This document shows, piece after piece, positions 49,253-61,556 of a stretch of 64,000 nucleotides of DNA. Position 1 is the first letter of the stretch. Each line of letters begins with the position of its first letter. Under the pieces are notes generated by a model, which saw only the letters and a list, made by a program, of their open reading frames with translations, was not told the origin of the DNA and did no database searches. The DNA lies in the NCBI GenBank assembly GCA_964270895.1, contig OZ185437.1, one strand, 5' to 3'. The stretch comes from Podarcis filfolensis (Eukaryota). A program made the translations under genes and the position numbers.

Positions 49253-50462
49253 CTGTAAAGAGGAAACATTTAATATGCTACCCTTCTAGTTCAACTCTGA
49301 CAATTCTAGTTTATTTAAAATGTTTTAAATTCTTCAAGTATTTTTATGCCTATACAGAGTTCTCCCCACTGAGTTTTTTAGTCTTAACAGAGCAACAATG
49401 TAGAAAGGTTTACAACTTAAAAATTAAATGAAATGAAACTGAGGAGAATTTGAAAGCAGCTTTAATTACGCTGGAAATAGCAGGCTGAGCCCCATTAAAG
49501 TCAACCAGGGGAAAGGCCTTCTGGCATGTACAGGGCTGACTCAGCAGCTGTGTGTCCATGGACACTCTTTGCCTCCCTAAACAAAAAGATAATGGATTCA
49601 TGTTAAAAGAGCCGGGGGATGGGACGGGACAGGGGAAGATCAGTGAAACAGCATGAAACAAAATACCATATTACCAAAAGCTTTTTACCAAAAACAAAAA
49701 GATCAAGAAAATAAAGCTATAACCAAACCATACAGTGTTCAGTGTGACCAGGATAGAATTCTAAAGAACTGCCTTGTCCTTTTTCTCTTGGCCTTCTGCT
49801 GCCTGGTTAAGACATTTTTATTCTAAGTGGAATTTGACCTGTCAAGCTGAGGTTTAGTGGACTGATCCTTTGTCTTAACTTGTTTTTAATCTGATGTATA
49901 TCTTTTTTAGTATTTTTACTATTAGATGTATTATTATAGAATTTTTCCCTAATGACTGAATGACTTGTTAGAAGTTTTTAGTACTTCTTTGTGATCATCG
50001 TTTGATCTTCTGTTTGGAATCTCCCCTTTCATTATATAATCATTCAAAAGCATTTTTTTATAAAGTTTAGATTTCTTTGACTTAAATTTCCATCTGTTTC
50101 CCTTCTTCTCTTTAGTCAGCTGTTCATATCTGTAATTAGATTACCATTTGACCAGAATGAACAACACTAGGAGTAGAAGAATACCAACACAGTAATATGA
50201 TACATCTGTTCATGGAAATTCACAAAACTGGTTTTTTAAAAAGAGTAGCTATGTAGATATGACATACTGGCAGAATAGCTGTTAGTTGTGTTTTCAAGTT
50301 TTCCTAAAGGTAACAATAAAATAAAATATTAACATGTCCATTTATTCAAGAGACTGCAGGAAGTAAAAAGACAGAAATGTAGGGGTTCTGCTTTCAATTT
50401 CCATCTAATCTGTGTAAGAAATTTTTGTATGAAGATTTGAGGGGAAAAAATTCTATCCTCAC

Positions 50463-50578
50463 CAGTTGTTCCCTGAGCCAGAAACATCTGTTATCAGCTG
50501 CTTGCTATCAAAGACATCTCTCAATGGCCCCTGCAGAATTTCATTCACTACACCCTCTTCCATGTCAATCAGGAGAGC
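50463..50578 (-). CDS. TUBE1: TUBE1 exon 5
   Basis: ALLIDMEEGVVNEILQGPLRDVFDSKQLITDVSGSGNNW. Confidence 0.97.
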
Positions 50579-51854
50579 CTTAGGGAGCAGAACAAAAAGA
50601 ATTTGGACTGAGAACGTCTGTCTTTAAAAACATTACGCAAAATAAATGAAAAAGATAAAGATAAAAAATGCTTTCTTTACTTTAATTTCAGCACACCCTT
50701 GGAATAAGAAAGCAGACTTCAGAAGAATATCTCTAATTTATTTGCCTCAGGATGAAATTTAATAAAGGATCATTTTGGCAAGCCTGATTTAGGGCAACTC
50801 AAGAATTAAAATGCACATATGCAACACATAAGGAAACATGCTCTTGCTAAAAAAAATAAACAAATTAGAATGACTGCTATTATGTCTCAGCTAATTTCCT
50901 TTTTCAGAATGGTACATAACTTTTAATCTTTTCTTATTATTTATTTCAATCTTTTCTCCCCTGTATCAAATGCTCTTGGGGCATATTCCACAAAACAGGT
51001 AGCAGAATAAAACATCTTAAAATCACAACCAACAATAAAATTAACTACTAGATAGACCCTACTATAATTAGCACAACCAAAATGGCAACTTAAATACCCA
51101 TGTTTTTAACTTGATGCTAAGCAGCAAGGGGATGACATTCTGTAACCTGAGTGCACTACAGCAGAAACCGAGACACTATTGTAGTATTGGAGTTCCGTTC
51201 CTGACTCCTGTGTGCATCCACAGAGCATGTAAGCCCGCCCTGCCTTCTTCAAAAGAACATGTGTCAATTGGACACGTGCAAAATGGTCACCACTGGTATT
51301 TTCAATTTAAACACATTGAAGCCAACAGTACTTTATCACTAGCTAAATGTACATAAAATAAAATGGCACTGCTAACGGTACCGTGTATGGAGAAGCAGCA
51401 ATTGTGCCATTAGCTATCTGATAAAGAGAAAATTATTAAATCTAGCTTACAAACTTGCTCATCTTCTGATGAGCTTTTACTTATTTTTCTAACCGGGCTC
51501 TTTAAGTGTGGAAATGACAGTTGGATTGAAGGGGGAAAACTGTGCATGCGCAGTTCAGAAGGTTTGTGTGTCTCATAGCTGGATCAGTGTCAGTCTCTAA
51601 GGAACCTGAAACATTCCTATATTCCTTGTACTTGCAATTTGTTTCTTTTACTTGGTTTCTCGTTTGTTAAAATATATGTTTCTGGAAGCCATTATCTTTA
51701 GTTTACCGTTTACAATTGAACTATAGGATTTGTTTTCAAACAAACATATACCCAAGTGCACATACATATAGATATAATAAAACCTAAAATTTCAGATATT
51801 TCAGAGGCATACAAAGTATAAGAAGTGACAGAATCAAAGATGTTTCCCCCTTAC

Positions 51855-51909
51855 GCGTGCTTTTAAGGAATAGATTTTTCCTCTGCAGTCAGCGCTATCA
51901 TCATCTGTC
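51855..51909 (-). CDS. TUBE1: TUBE1 exon 4
   Basis: ctag|G ACA GAT GAT GAT...TDDDSADCRGKIYSLKAR|gtaagg; 55 nt, frame preserved. Confidence 0.9.
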
Positions 51910-52833
51910 CTAGAAAAAACAGAAGCAAAATTAATAAAAATCATGGAAGAGGACTACACCTAAGCTATCAGAGTATTACAATTTTCCCCTTTCACTGAAA
52001 TTAAATTAAATTGAAAAGCAGAATAACAAGAACTAATATAAAGACTGTACACTTTATGAATTTCATTGCTCTTGCTCATTTTATGGAAGCCTGCCATGCA
52101 GAAGTCAATTAGGCTTTTCCTAGCCTAGGGATGGAAAAAACATCACCTGCTTAATTTCTGCAGTTGTGTAGACAAAGGAGAACTATTAAATAAAACCTGG
52201 CATGCCTACCAATTGTAAGCAGTTATATATTTTATATCTTGGTTAGAGCAAACTGCAAAAAACTAGGGGTTAACAGTTTCATGAAGGCAAAAAGCAGATT
52301 CAGGTTACGTATAAAGCACTTTTCCTATAGTGAAACATGACAAGCAATGGTATTAAAGGGCACATTAGTAACTCAAACTGGAGACTGAAGGGCTCAGGAT
52401 GCGAGGACAACACTGACCACAATCTTATTTAGACAAGTTGATACTGCAAAATGTGAATTACTCCAAAACAATGAACACAAAGCACCAAAGCCCATTCAGT
52501 ACAGGTCAGACACAAGTAACTGATTGTAATGTATGCTGACATGACTGGACACAAGATCCTACCCACTGATACCCACAGTATCTACAAAACCCAACGGGAA
52601 GGAGAGAAATAAAAATAATAAGTGGGGCATAAACTGAACAAGAAATCCACAAAGTAAATGCTGGATCACTGCAATTTTATTTTTGTGACGCAGCACAAGG
52701 TGCTAACTAACCTGCCTGCAGTAGTACAAGGTATGATGAAGCAACATTTCTCTATGGATCCCAAATATTGTGTTGTTATTTATTTTAAGGGCATCTTTAA
52801 TAATTTAAGATTGTTCATAAGAAGAAAACTTAC

Positions 52834-52886
52834 CTGGTATTCACATTTCTAAAGAAACTGCTTAATGCTTCATCATAAATTCCTTT
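52834..52886 (-). CDS. TUBE1: TUBE1 exon 3
   Basis: KGIYDEALSSFFRNVNTR|gtaagt. Confidence 0.95.
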
Positions 52887-53489
52887 CTAAAAAAGAATCA
52901 TTCAGTAAGCAAAACTTAAAGTGTGACACTTGTGCTAAGACTTAAAGTATGCATTTTTAAAACTATTTAACTCTTCTGATATTATACATGCTCCTAATAT
53001 AAAGCCTCATGTATGCCACTAAAGTGAAAGTAGCGCTCAAAAACATGGAATCCACAAATTATTTCATATCTATAGTGGAAGAGTATGACTCTATATAGAG
53101 AGAACATCCTAATGAAAAGGAAAGTTGCATCACAGTAAAGCAATAATTTTGGATTTTCTTCAGAATGACTTCATACTTTAATGCACACCTGGACTTAAAG
53201 GCTCTCAATATTTATTAGTAAAATTTGGAGTGAGGTTGTCCAGCCTGCCCTGGCAACCCCTCAGGCATCTGGTTGGCCCCTGTGAAAACAGGATGCTGGT
53301 ATAAGGTGGGCCACTGGTCTGATCCAGTAGCCTCTTATATTCTGCAAGCAGAGCAAGTGGCTGGGATCAACTCATCCTAGACTCCTCTGCAAGAAAACGA
53401 CAGCTTTTTCATCAGTAGTCTGGTGACCCAGGTGACCCATCTGAATGATCACGCTTGCCCTTGTTAGCCAATAACAGCCGACAAAGAGT

Positions 53490-53720
53490 TGGCTAGTGGG
53501 GTCCAGGAAGTGGTTGATGTCTCCTTGTTACAGTGGCCTTGAAATGGTGGCTATGCATCTCTAGAGTCTTTTGGATGAAACTGATTTTAAACACCCATTT
53601 CAATCGGGTTTCAGGCCCAGTTTCGTAATGGAAATTGCCCTGGTCATCCTGATGGATGATCAGTTCTTGGAGAGGGAGGGGAGAACATGCCTCTATTGAT
53701 TTTCCTTGACCTACTGATGG
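53490..53720 (+). mobile_element. Degraded L2 reverse transcriptase fragment
   Basis: ccatttcaatcgggtttcaggccc = PFQSGFRP; downstream ALVILMDD...LIFLDL. Confidence 0.65.
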
Positions 53721-54439
53721 CTCCTTATTTAATGTTCCGACTAGTTAGCCATCCCTTCTTCCAGGATACTGCATTCCACCAAGCATGCTCAGTCCTCACT
53801 GGGCCTTTTTGTTGTTGTTCCCTTCAGCTTTTTTAAAAAAGTGTTCTCTGTCCTTCTACAAACCTTGAGTTTCTCTTGCGCACATCCCTGTTCTATATTA
53901 ATTGTGCCACTTTGGCCACACAAGCTTTAAAAGAATGGTGCTCGTGCGTGGAGATCTTGTGTTCCACATTCCAGCCATTCCTTTCGTTCTTCCAATGCCC
54001 ATTAATCTTCCCACGTTTCCCCCAACAGCATTCCCTGACCACCGGGTATATTTAGTCCCTCGCCTAAAGCAGACGAACGAAGACACGGGAATGCCAGAAC
54101 AAAGGAAACGGCAGCTATTTCTAAAAATGACTTGAGTAAGAATAGGATTTGCTCTTTTAAACAAAGCAGCCATTTTAACTCGTCTACTGCGGAGCTCAGC
54201 GACAAGTATTAGCTGAATGCGTTAAAAATCGCGCCAGCGCACGCGCCAGGACCACGCCCACAAATTCCAAAGCGCGGCGGTTTAACGGACACACCTTTCA
54301 GCGGCTCCCTCAGAGGGGCGGGGCAGAGGGAGCTGTTAAGCAGGCATGCGCGTAAAAACGTTCCGAACCGTTTGCATTTTACTGAGCATGCGCGAGCTGA
54401 CTGGCGTTTTAATTCTCCTCCCAGTCGTCAGGCGGTTAC

Positions 54440-54513
54440 CTTGTTGACGGCGGCGTGTTCCCTCAGTGCCAGATCCCAGAAGCGGCATCCTATCTGGTTG
54501 CCACACTGACCCA
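54440..54513 (-). CDS. TUBE1: TUBE1 exon 2
   Basis: VGQCGNQIGCRFWDLALREHAAVNK|gtaacc. Confidence 0.97.
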
Positions 54514-54628
54514 CTGTGAGGTGAAAAAACAAACAGAGGTCAAGCTGCCGAACAGAGCAGAGTGGTGTGAAAAGGGGCCAGAGAGGGGGGAGGGAGAAGG
54601 GGGCGGGAGAGAGCACGCGCGCGCTCAC

Positions 54629-54653
54629 CCTGAACCACCACGGACTGCGTCAT
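54629..54653 (-). CDS. TUBE1: TUBE1 exon 1 (coding part)
   Basis: ATG ACG CAG TCC GTG GTG GTT CAG G|gtgagc (MTQSVVVQ); the 12 exons total 1425 nt = 474 aa. Confidence 0.95.
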
Positions 54654-55821
54654 GTCTTCCGTTGGCGCGGATCTGGTTTCTAAGGCCGGCGAGAAGTGTA
54701 GCCCCGCCCACTACGGACGTGAGTGTGAGGAAAGTTCCCCGCGTTGTGTCGCAGAGAGGAGTTCTGGCCGCACGTTCCGCTGTCGAGACGCGCCGCGAAC
54801 GCTCATAGAGCGTTTCGTTGTTGCTTTGCGCGCATGCGCCGCGCCGCAAACGGTGCTTTCCTGCCCTCCGGTTCCCTCGCTAATAACCGTTATCCGTTTG
54901 TAGACCGCGGGCCACTTTGGCTCGCTTTGTTCCGACCGTACTTGATGCAAAGGAGGGCGAGGCTCATGTCAGAGCGGGGGTTTCGGCGCGTCGGTCCCGC
55001 TAGTCTCTGTCGCCCCCTGCAGGACAACTTATTTCCATGCGGCTGCTAAAAGGTCCGGGAGTCTCATCGCTCTCCCTTCTTATCTGGCCAACATCTGGAA
55101 ATGACCGTCTGGAAGCGAGTAGAAAACGCGAAGGGAAAGGACCTTGCCGTTAAGCACGTCGCGTATGAATACAGAAAAGTAACATTTAATTTTTTTAAAA
55201 AAGTTGGAATCAAAACGCATTTTTTGATCCTGCTGCATGCATTGCAAAATAATCTGTTCAAAAATGCACGGTTCTGTTTGAACAGTGCATCCCTTCCATT
55301 TCATAATATTAAAACCAAATTACTAAACGCTGAAAAGGCAGACATTAGGTGACCCTCCTCCTACGCTCCCACCTGGACCATGCGCTGTACTTGGTGGGCT
55401 CCTCGTTGGTATGTTGAGATAAGTTTGGGGACTAAATAGGGAACTGCAGCAAATTTCTTCATTATTTGACCCAATTGTGCAAAGGCACAAAATTCTCAAT
55501 CACAAGGGTCTGGTAGGTTATCACACTCCTGTGACAGGAGTGCATTGTGCTATAAAGATCAGTTTCGCACTGAGAAGTGAGCTGTAATAATACAGTCACA
55601 AGAACCTAGAGCACTCTAATCCAGAAACATTTTAGCAAAAGTATCTAAAATAGTCAATACAGTTTCATAATGCCTGTGAAAATAATAAAAGCTAGGCTTT
55701 TAATTCAAAATAGAATATGAAGTTTACAAAAGATTATGCTTCGTGATTTTGTAGGTATATTACCTTCAAGTACTAGAACAGACAATCACCTGTTCCATTT
55801 TTTCTTTCTACTTGTTTTCAG

Positions 55822-56110
55822 ACCTGCGGATAGGAAGTATATTGCTGACCTTCACCCTTACCCCAGTGCAGAGGGTGAAATGAAGCAGAAACAAAGCTTG
55901 ATTGCATACACAAGTTGATTGGAAGAGACAGCCTTGACCTTTCATCATATTCCCCTAAATAATCCCCCCGAAGAAATGCATTAACTCTGTTCTACCTGTA
56001 TACAGGCTCTGTATCTTGTACAGAAGCACGAGAATGGATGTTGCTGTGTTTTTCCCCATAACAGTCAAGTGTCTCTAAATTTCAAATAAAAGGGTGAAGC
56101 TTCTTTGCTC
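55822..56110 (+). pseudogene. Candidate terminal exon at the FAM229B position (degenerate or non-coding)
   Basis: Strong acceptor ttttttctttctacttgttttcag|; AATAAA at 56085-56090; weak resemblance to the recalled FAM229B C-terminus; no intact ORF. Confidence 0.3.
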
Positions 56111-57986
56111 TGCATCGTTCAGACTAGAGATTGTTTTGGAGAAGATTCCATTAGGTGTACTCCTACCTAACCCTTGGGAAGCTCATTCTTAGTTCAGATT
56201 ACCTGCTGGTGGACCAAACAGGATAAATAATATGTTGCACTAGAGAAGATGGTTGGTAAATGAATAAAGTAGGGCAAATGGTTGCACTGTCCTGAGGTAC
56301 TAGTCATCTTTATAAGGTACTAGTTTCTAGAGATTTAATAACTAAAGATCTCCATATCTGATGCAAAATGTATTGCTGCTAATTATAAGGAAATAATGTA
56401 TATATAGCAGATATATAATTTAAAGCTTTATTTCTTTATTTCTCATTTTTCTCCTGTTTACATTTCCATAGAGATTATTCTGCTAAGGTCAATCAACTGC
56501 CATTGTTTTGGCTTTCATTATAGAGAAATAAAGGCACAAGCATTTGAGGCATGCAGTTCTTTTATTTGAAACAAGAATTACATTTGGAATTTAAAACATT
56601 TGAAATAGTTTTTAAATGAACACTCATTCAGTGTGCTGAGTACAGCTTGTTTTAAGGTAGACTAGGCTGGAAAATTAGAATTTTTCAAGTGGAAAATGAT
56701 AGTTCAGGTTTTTTTTCTAGTTTCAGGGATAAATGCATAACTCTGCCTCCAACTTAGAATGTCATTTTGTCCTTAACTGAAAATCTGATTTCCTAATAAG
56801 AGTGCTAAGAGTAAAACCATGTAGCTGAAATTTATCTATAAAACTAATATGAGCAAAAAAAAATTAAGGAATTAATTACATTTGTCAGTTATGGAAATGA
56901 ATTATAGTAAGTTCAATGCATTCAAATGAAAATTGAATAAAATATCAGTTTTCCTGTGACAATTGTTTTCCCCAGTCTAATTGAATGAAGAATAAAGAGA
57001 CCAAACAAAACGATTCAAAAGACAGTTGCTTGTGAAGCATGTCCATGACATAGTTTATTTTGTAATGTACATGTAGCAGATTTATTCAGTACAAACTACA
57101 AGCACAGATCCACTCACAGCACAGGCAGAGCACCTGTGCATGAAGGATCCCAATACAGTTCAGAAGAGATCTGTTTCCCCCCTTTCCCACCATTGGGTGC
57201 ATCTAATTACATGCACATGTGGCAACACTCCTCTTGTAGTGTGCCTTGCAAGTTATTGAGGCTTCATGAGTACTGCACTGGGCAGAGAGATAGGACGGGA
57301 TGAGGATTCTCCATGCATTTGTTGTAGATCCATAGTGAATGCAGTTGACTCAGAGGACTTATGTTCCAGGGATAGTGTGTAAAGCCAAAATCTTGTATAG
57401 TCAAAATTCATGTGCCTTACATCTCCAAACTCTCTCCCAAGGCAAGTGCAATGGCAAGTGGGATTGCCAGTGTTTTTTCTGCTGGGAGCTTGCCCACTTA
57501 AAAAAAAATTCCTGGCCAAGCACATAAAGCTGAATTCATACAAGTTAATGTGCATAAATTGCGAGTTGACTGTAGTGACCAAAGGTTGTTTTAGCAAATC
57601 TGCAGCATATGAACTGAAATAAAACCTTTGGTTCTGTTAAACCTTTTAAAAGATTTTAATTTACTTGTTTGTAGCCAATGAACATTTCAGTGCTCTTAAT
57701 ACACCTAGAAAGGCTTGCTACCCAGACTCAGTTGGGGCAGAATTGACAAAATGATTTTAAGTGTGGGGGAAGCAGAAATCTATATTTGAAGTGCAGTTTC
57801 TGGGCAATGATGAGCAAGGCATTGGTAGTGTCACAATAGAAGAAATGAAGTTTTCTGTCTGGAGCCTCTTGATACAGATGGGTGGGTTTCTGCTTGGGCT
57901 CCTTGCTGATTCACACAACAGCTATAATTTTGTCCAGAATTGGGCATGCCTATATCGGTTATTTCAGTGGGCTTGGTGAACCTATA

Positions 57987-58213
57987 CAGTGGTACTTCGG
58001 GTTACATACGCTTCAGGTTACAGACTCCGCTAACCCAAAAATATTACCTCGGGTTAAGAACTTTGCTTCAGGATGAGAACAGAAATCGTGCTCCGGCGGC
58101 GCAGCAGCAGCAGGAGGCCCCATTAGCTAAAAGTGGTGCTTCAGGTTAAGAACAGTTTCAGGTTAAGTACTGATCTCCAGAACGAATTAAGTACTTAACC
58201 CGAGGTACCACTG
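57987..58213 (-). mobile_element. Tigger/pogo-like MITE, copy C, 227 bp
   Basis: TA|CAGTGGTACTTCGG...CGAGGTACCACTG|TA; inverted relative to copies A and B. Confidence 0.95.
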
Positions 58214-58352
58214 TATCTGCTTAGAATTAGACTCATAATACTCATTCCCCAGTAATTTGGCACATTGCAACATACTTATAATTTTTTTGGAAGCAAATTC
58301 CAAATGAAAAAAGAATAATGCTTTATCGTGTACATATAGTGAGTGATACATT

Positions 58353-58358
58353 TTTATT
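58353..58358 (-). terminator. Candidate proximal LAMA4 poly(A) signal
   Basis: AATAAA on the minus strand ~80 nt after the stop. Confidence 0.45.
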
Positions 58359-58437
58359 TCCTTGGTACTAAGAATTGAAGGTAGCACGGTTGTTTTTCTC
58401 CTTTGGGGCTGTACAGGCCCCTGCAGTTAGCAGTTCA

Positions 58438-58583
58438 TCAAGTGGCAGGACATAGGTTGATGCTCACAGCACCACTGACCAAAGCTGCCTTACTGAAACT
58501 TACTGGTCTTTCATCAATCATAAAGTTACGGATGCATCCAGTAAAGGAACTGTGGGTGGTAAGGCTGAATGTCAGGAGAGACT
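58438..58583 (-). CDS. LAMA4: LAMA4 final exon (LG5 end)
   Basis: ESLLTFSLTTHSSFTGCIRNFMIDERPVSFSKAALVSGAVSINLCPAT*. Confidence 0.96.
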
Positions 58584-59086
58584 CTGTAGAGAGGTAAAAT
58601 AATAATAATACATAAGTCATTCAAGAACTGCAGTATCAATATAAGATCATGCTAGGACTAGTTTAACTAAAAGAGACAGCTGTGTAAAACTTGGAATGTG
58701 GTTTGTTTGAATGGTATTGCCCTTGTTACTGCTATTTACTTTGATATATATATATGTATGTATGTGTATATATGTGTGTGTGTGTGTAATTTATAAATAG
58801 TCAAATAAAGGTTTTCAATAAACTAAATTGTTTTAGTCTTATATTTGTATTCTGTTATATTGTCAATCACTTGTATTAAATCATTCCTTCTAAAATATAG
58901 CACAAAGATGTATAGAGAGCTACTTCATCCCACCTCCAACAGCAAATATTTATTACAGTCGTAGACCAGCATAAGGAGGGAGGGGTACAATAATTTAAAA
59001 TCTAAAACCCCCTCCCCCAAATTATAGGTCTTTGCTAATGAACAGCACAAGGTATGTGACCATTACTTTAAAGAATACTTTTTTTA

Positions 59087-59112
59087 ACACACACACACAC
59101 ACACACACACAC
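59087..59112. repeat. (AC)13 microsatellite in the last LAMA4 intron
   Basis: Direct reading. Confidence 0.97.
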
Positions 59113-59155
59113 GATTAATCTTTGAAAATAATATTAAAATGAGAATAAATCGTAC

Positions 59156-59275
59156 CTGGCACTCCTCCAACAAACACAGGCTCCCTGTGGTCAGTTGCTC
59201 TTGGATTTAATGGCCCTACTACATGATTCACTTCTGAATCTACATCCAGCTGTACCACATTAGCATCTCTTATAA
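59156..59275 (-). CDS. LAMA4: LAMA4 penultimate exon (LG5)
   Basis: VIRDANVVQLDVDSEVNHVVGPLNPRATDHREPVFVGGVP|gtacga. Confidence 0.96.
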
Positions 59276-60113
59276 CTGTCACATGAAGCAAAAAAGAATA
59301 ATATGGATCACCACTCTTTCTGGTTTTTCTTGCATACAAGCATACTCATAAACATACAAAAATCCTGAAGAACTAGACTATTTACCCATGGCCTGGATAT
59401 GCTCTCATATCTGAATAGCTCAGTAGGTCCCAATGTGGATCTTATAACTCCAAAGCCATGGGCAGGATTTACCTAACAAATCCCGTAAGTGGAAGGTGTG
59501 CAAGAGCTTCAAATTGCACCATGGGGCTTTCCCCCTTCTGCCTCTGAAATTAGCTGGGAGGGGACTTGCAAGAACCTCAATAACAACACATTTGAGGAGG
59601 ACGGGGGGGGGGGGTTTGCTGTCTGACAAGCTGAAATGCTGAAAATGGAAATGACATTTAACCTCCCTCCCATGCTTAGGACAAAATACATACATCCTAA
59701 TATAACGTGGCATTGTTCCCCACACCCTGTTATGCAAGTAGCAAATGATGTGCCTAGAAGCAGGAAAATAGATAATGTGACAGATATTGCAAAAGATGAT
59801 AGGAGATTAATTGGATGTTTTCCATTTTCAGTAGCAGCCAAACTCTTAACCACAGAATTTTGGATACATTGTCACCCTTTTTCAGACCAAGCACTACCTG
59901 ATTTCCACACATGCATGGCCTTACAATTCTAAGTCATTTACATACATGACAGGATTCAGAGCCCTAGCCAGTATTGATAATGTTCAGGGATGCTGGGAGT
60001 TGTGCCCCAACAACATCTGGAGGGAGCACCCCATCAACCATCCCTGATTTAGAGTACTGATGAGAGGGAAGATCAGGAATCAACACTGAACAGGACTTTA
60101 GATGTTCACTCAC

Positions 60114-60207
60114 CTGCAATTCTGTGCCATCGGCCATCACAGAGATTCTGTTTTGGTGTAACTGAGGTTGAGAAGTCTTTGATGCCATTGTTCAGCTTCA
60201 CAATGAC
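60114..60207 (-). CDS. LAMA4: LAMA4 exon (LG5)
   Basis: VIVKLNNGIKDFSTSVTPKQNLCDGRWHRIA|gtgagt; missed by the ORF track. Confidence 0.96.
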
Positions 60208-61280
60208 CTAGGAGAACCATTTGATTCACATTTAAAACCTTAGTTTTGACTGGAAAGATTTAATTAAAATGCATAAAGCGGTGTAAAGGCTTTTTAACAA
60301 ACTGTTCTCCAAATGAATTGGCATGAATTTATACCACAGGCATAAGGTCTATATTTCTTCACACTTACAATGAAATCCCATACATGTATATTCAGCTGTA
60401 AATTTGAGTTTCTCAGGGCTTATTTCAGGTATGTCTATAGGATTGCAGTCTAATTCTTGCAAAAATCCTGGATGGTTGATTACCACCTCCAATGTCTACA
60501 CGAGGTGAGGCTGAGAAATAGTGGCTTGCCAATGGGCACCTAGTGAGCTTTTTTTTTTTACCATGGCATAATTTGAACCAGGACATCACTTTCAGGATTT
60601 ACACCATACTAGCACTATCATAGCCTTCAGATGAAATATTTCCAGCATTTAAAACACAAAAGGAAGCTAATAAATAAATAACATAAAGTAATTGGTTCTC
60701 AAATCCACTTAGCACTGCTACATTACACCGTATAATTCATTGGAAAAATGTGATCTTTCCTAAGCTTGTGCCCAACATAAAATATAGTCACTAACACAAC
60801 AGAAATTTTAAATTATAGCAAAACCTTTTAGCTTCTACCAATATCAGTTGCTGTGATAAAAACGATTCCGTTTCTATGGTGGCAGTTACAGAGCTTTGAG
60901 GATGGACTGCTCAGACGGACTTCATTCGTTGAAGCTAAGCGATGCTGGTACTATCCTCTAGGCTGAAGCTTTGCTATCCAGAATAAACTTGTCTCAAGGA
61001 CCGTACAATGCTTTCATAGCTATCTAGTTTTTGGGGTCTGGCTTTTTTGTCACTCCCTCTATTATTCAAGGACACTCAAACACATTCACAGGAAATGGTA
61101 TTTGTGATGCATGCTATAAAGAAATTATCACTTGATCCAAAACTAAAGAAAAATTACCTAGCTAGCCTAGTGGTGCCGCCAGGGCCATTCAGCAAACAAC
61201 ACAGCAGGGCTGGTGTACCAAATTACCACCTTAAAAGGGCTTTTCTTAAGACCATTAAGCTCAGGGTCTAAAATTAACTA

Positions 61281-61370
61281 GGGCTGCAGTCCCAACCACA
61301 TTACTCAGAAGTGAGCCCCACTGAATTCAGTGGGGCTTACACCCAGATAAGGGGGGTTAGAATTGCAGCT
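61281..61370. mobile_element. Short palindromic MITE
   Basis: gggctgcagtccc / aattgcagct ends; perfect 24-bp central palindrome AGCCCCACTGAATTCAGTGGGGCT at 61314-61337. Confidence 0.7.
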
Positions 61371-61399
61371 TAACTGCACAACTCCTAACCTGCAATCTC

Positions 61400-61556
61400 T
61401 TAGCAGTTACTGGAGACCACAGAAGGGGAGAGTGCTTGTGTGCTTGGATCTTGCTCGAGGGTTTCCCACAGGCATTTGCTTGGCCACCATGAAAACAGGA
61501 TGCTGGACTAGATAGGCCCTTGGTCTGATCCAGCAGAGCTCTTCCTATGTTCTTAG
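61400..61556 (+). mobile_element. CR1 3' end fragment
   Basis: ttggccacc...aacaggatgctggactagataggcccttggtctgatccagcagagctcttcctatgttctta; similar copy at ~53250-53343. Confidence 0.65.

Larger units (their letters stand above)
54170..55180. promoter_or_regulatory. CpG island, TUBE1 (probably bidirectional) promoter
   Basis: CpG-dense; NRF1-type GCGCATGCGC at 54830-54839; further GCATGCGCG sites near 54343 and 54386; GC box near 54317. Confidence 0.85.

Noticed and set aside
44146-54653. U12-type (minor) introns in TUBE1, CCN6 or LAMA4
   Set aside because: All donors are ordinary GT types; none has RTATCCTT
54625-55352. ORFs around the TUBE1 promoter, including the 83-aa ORF at 55101
   Set aside because: GC-island artefacts or no similarity to anything I recognise; splicing the 55101 ORF to the 55822 acceptor hits an immediate stop
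60900-60960. 5S rRNA-derived SINE (GAAGCTAAGC box)
   Set aside because: Only the 10-mer matches; the flanks do not align with 5S rRNA
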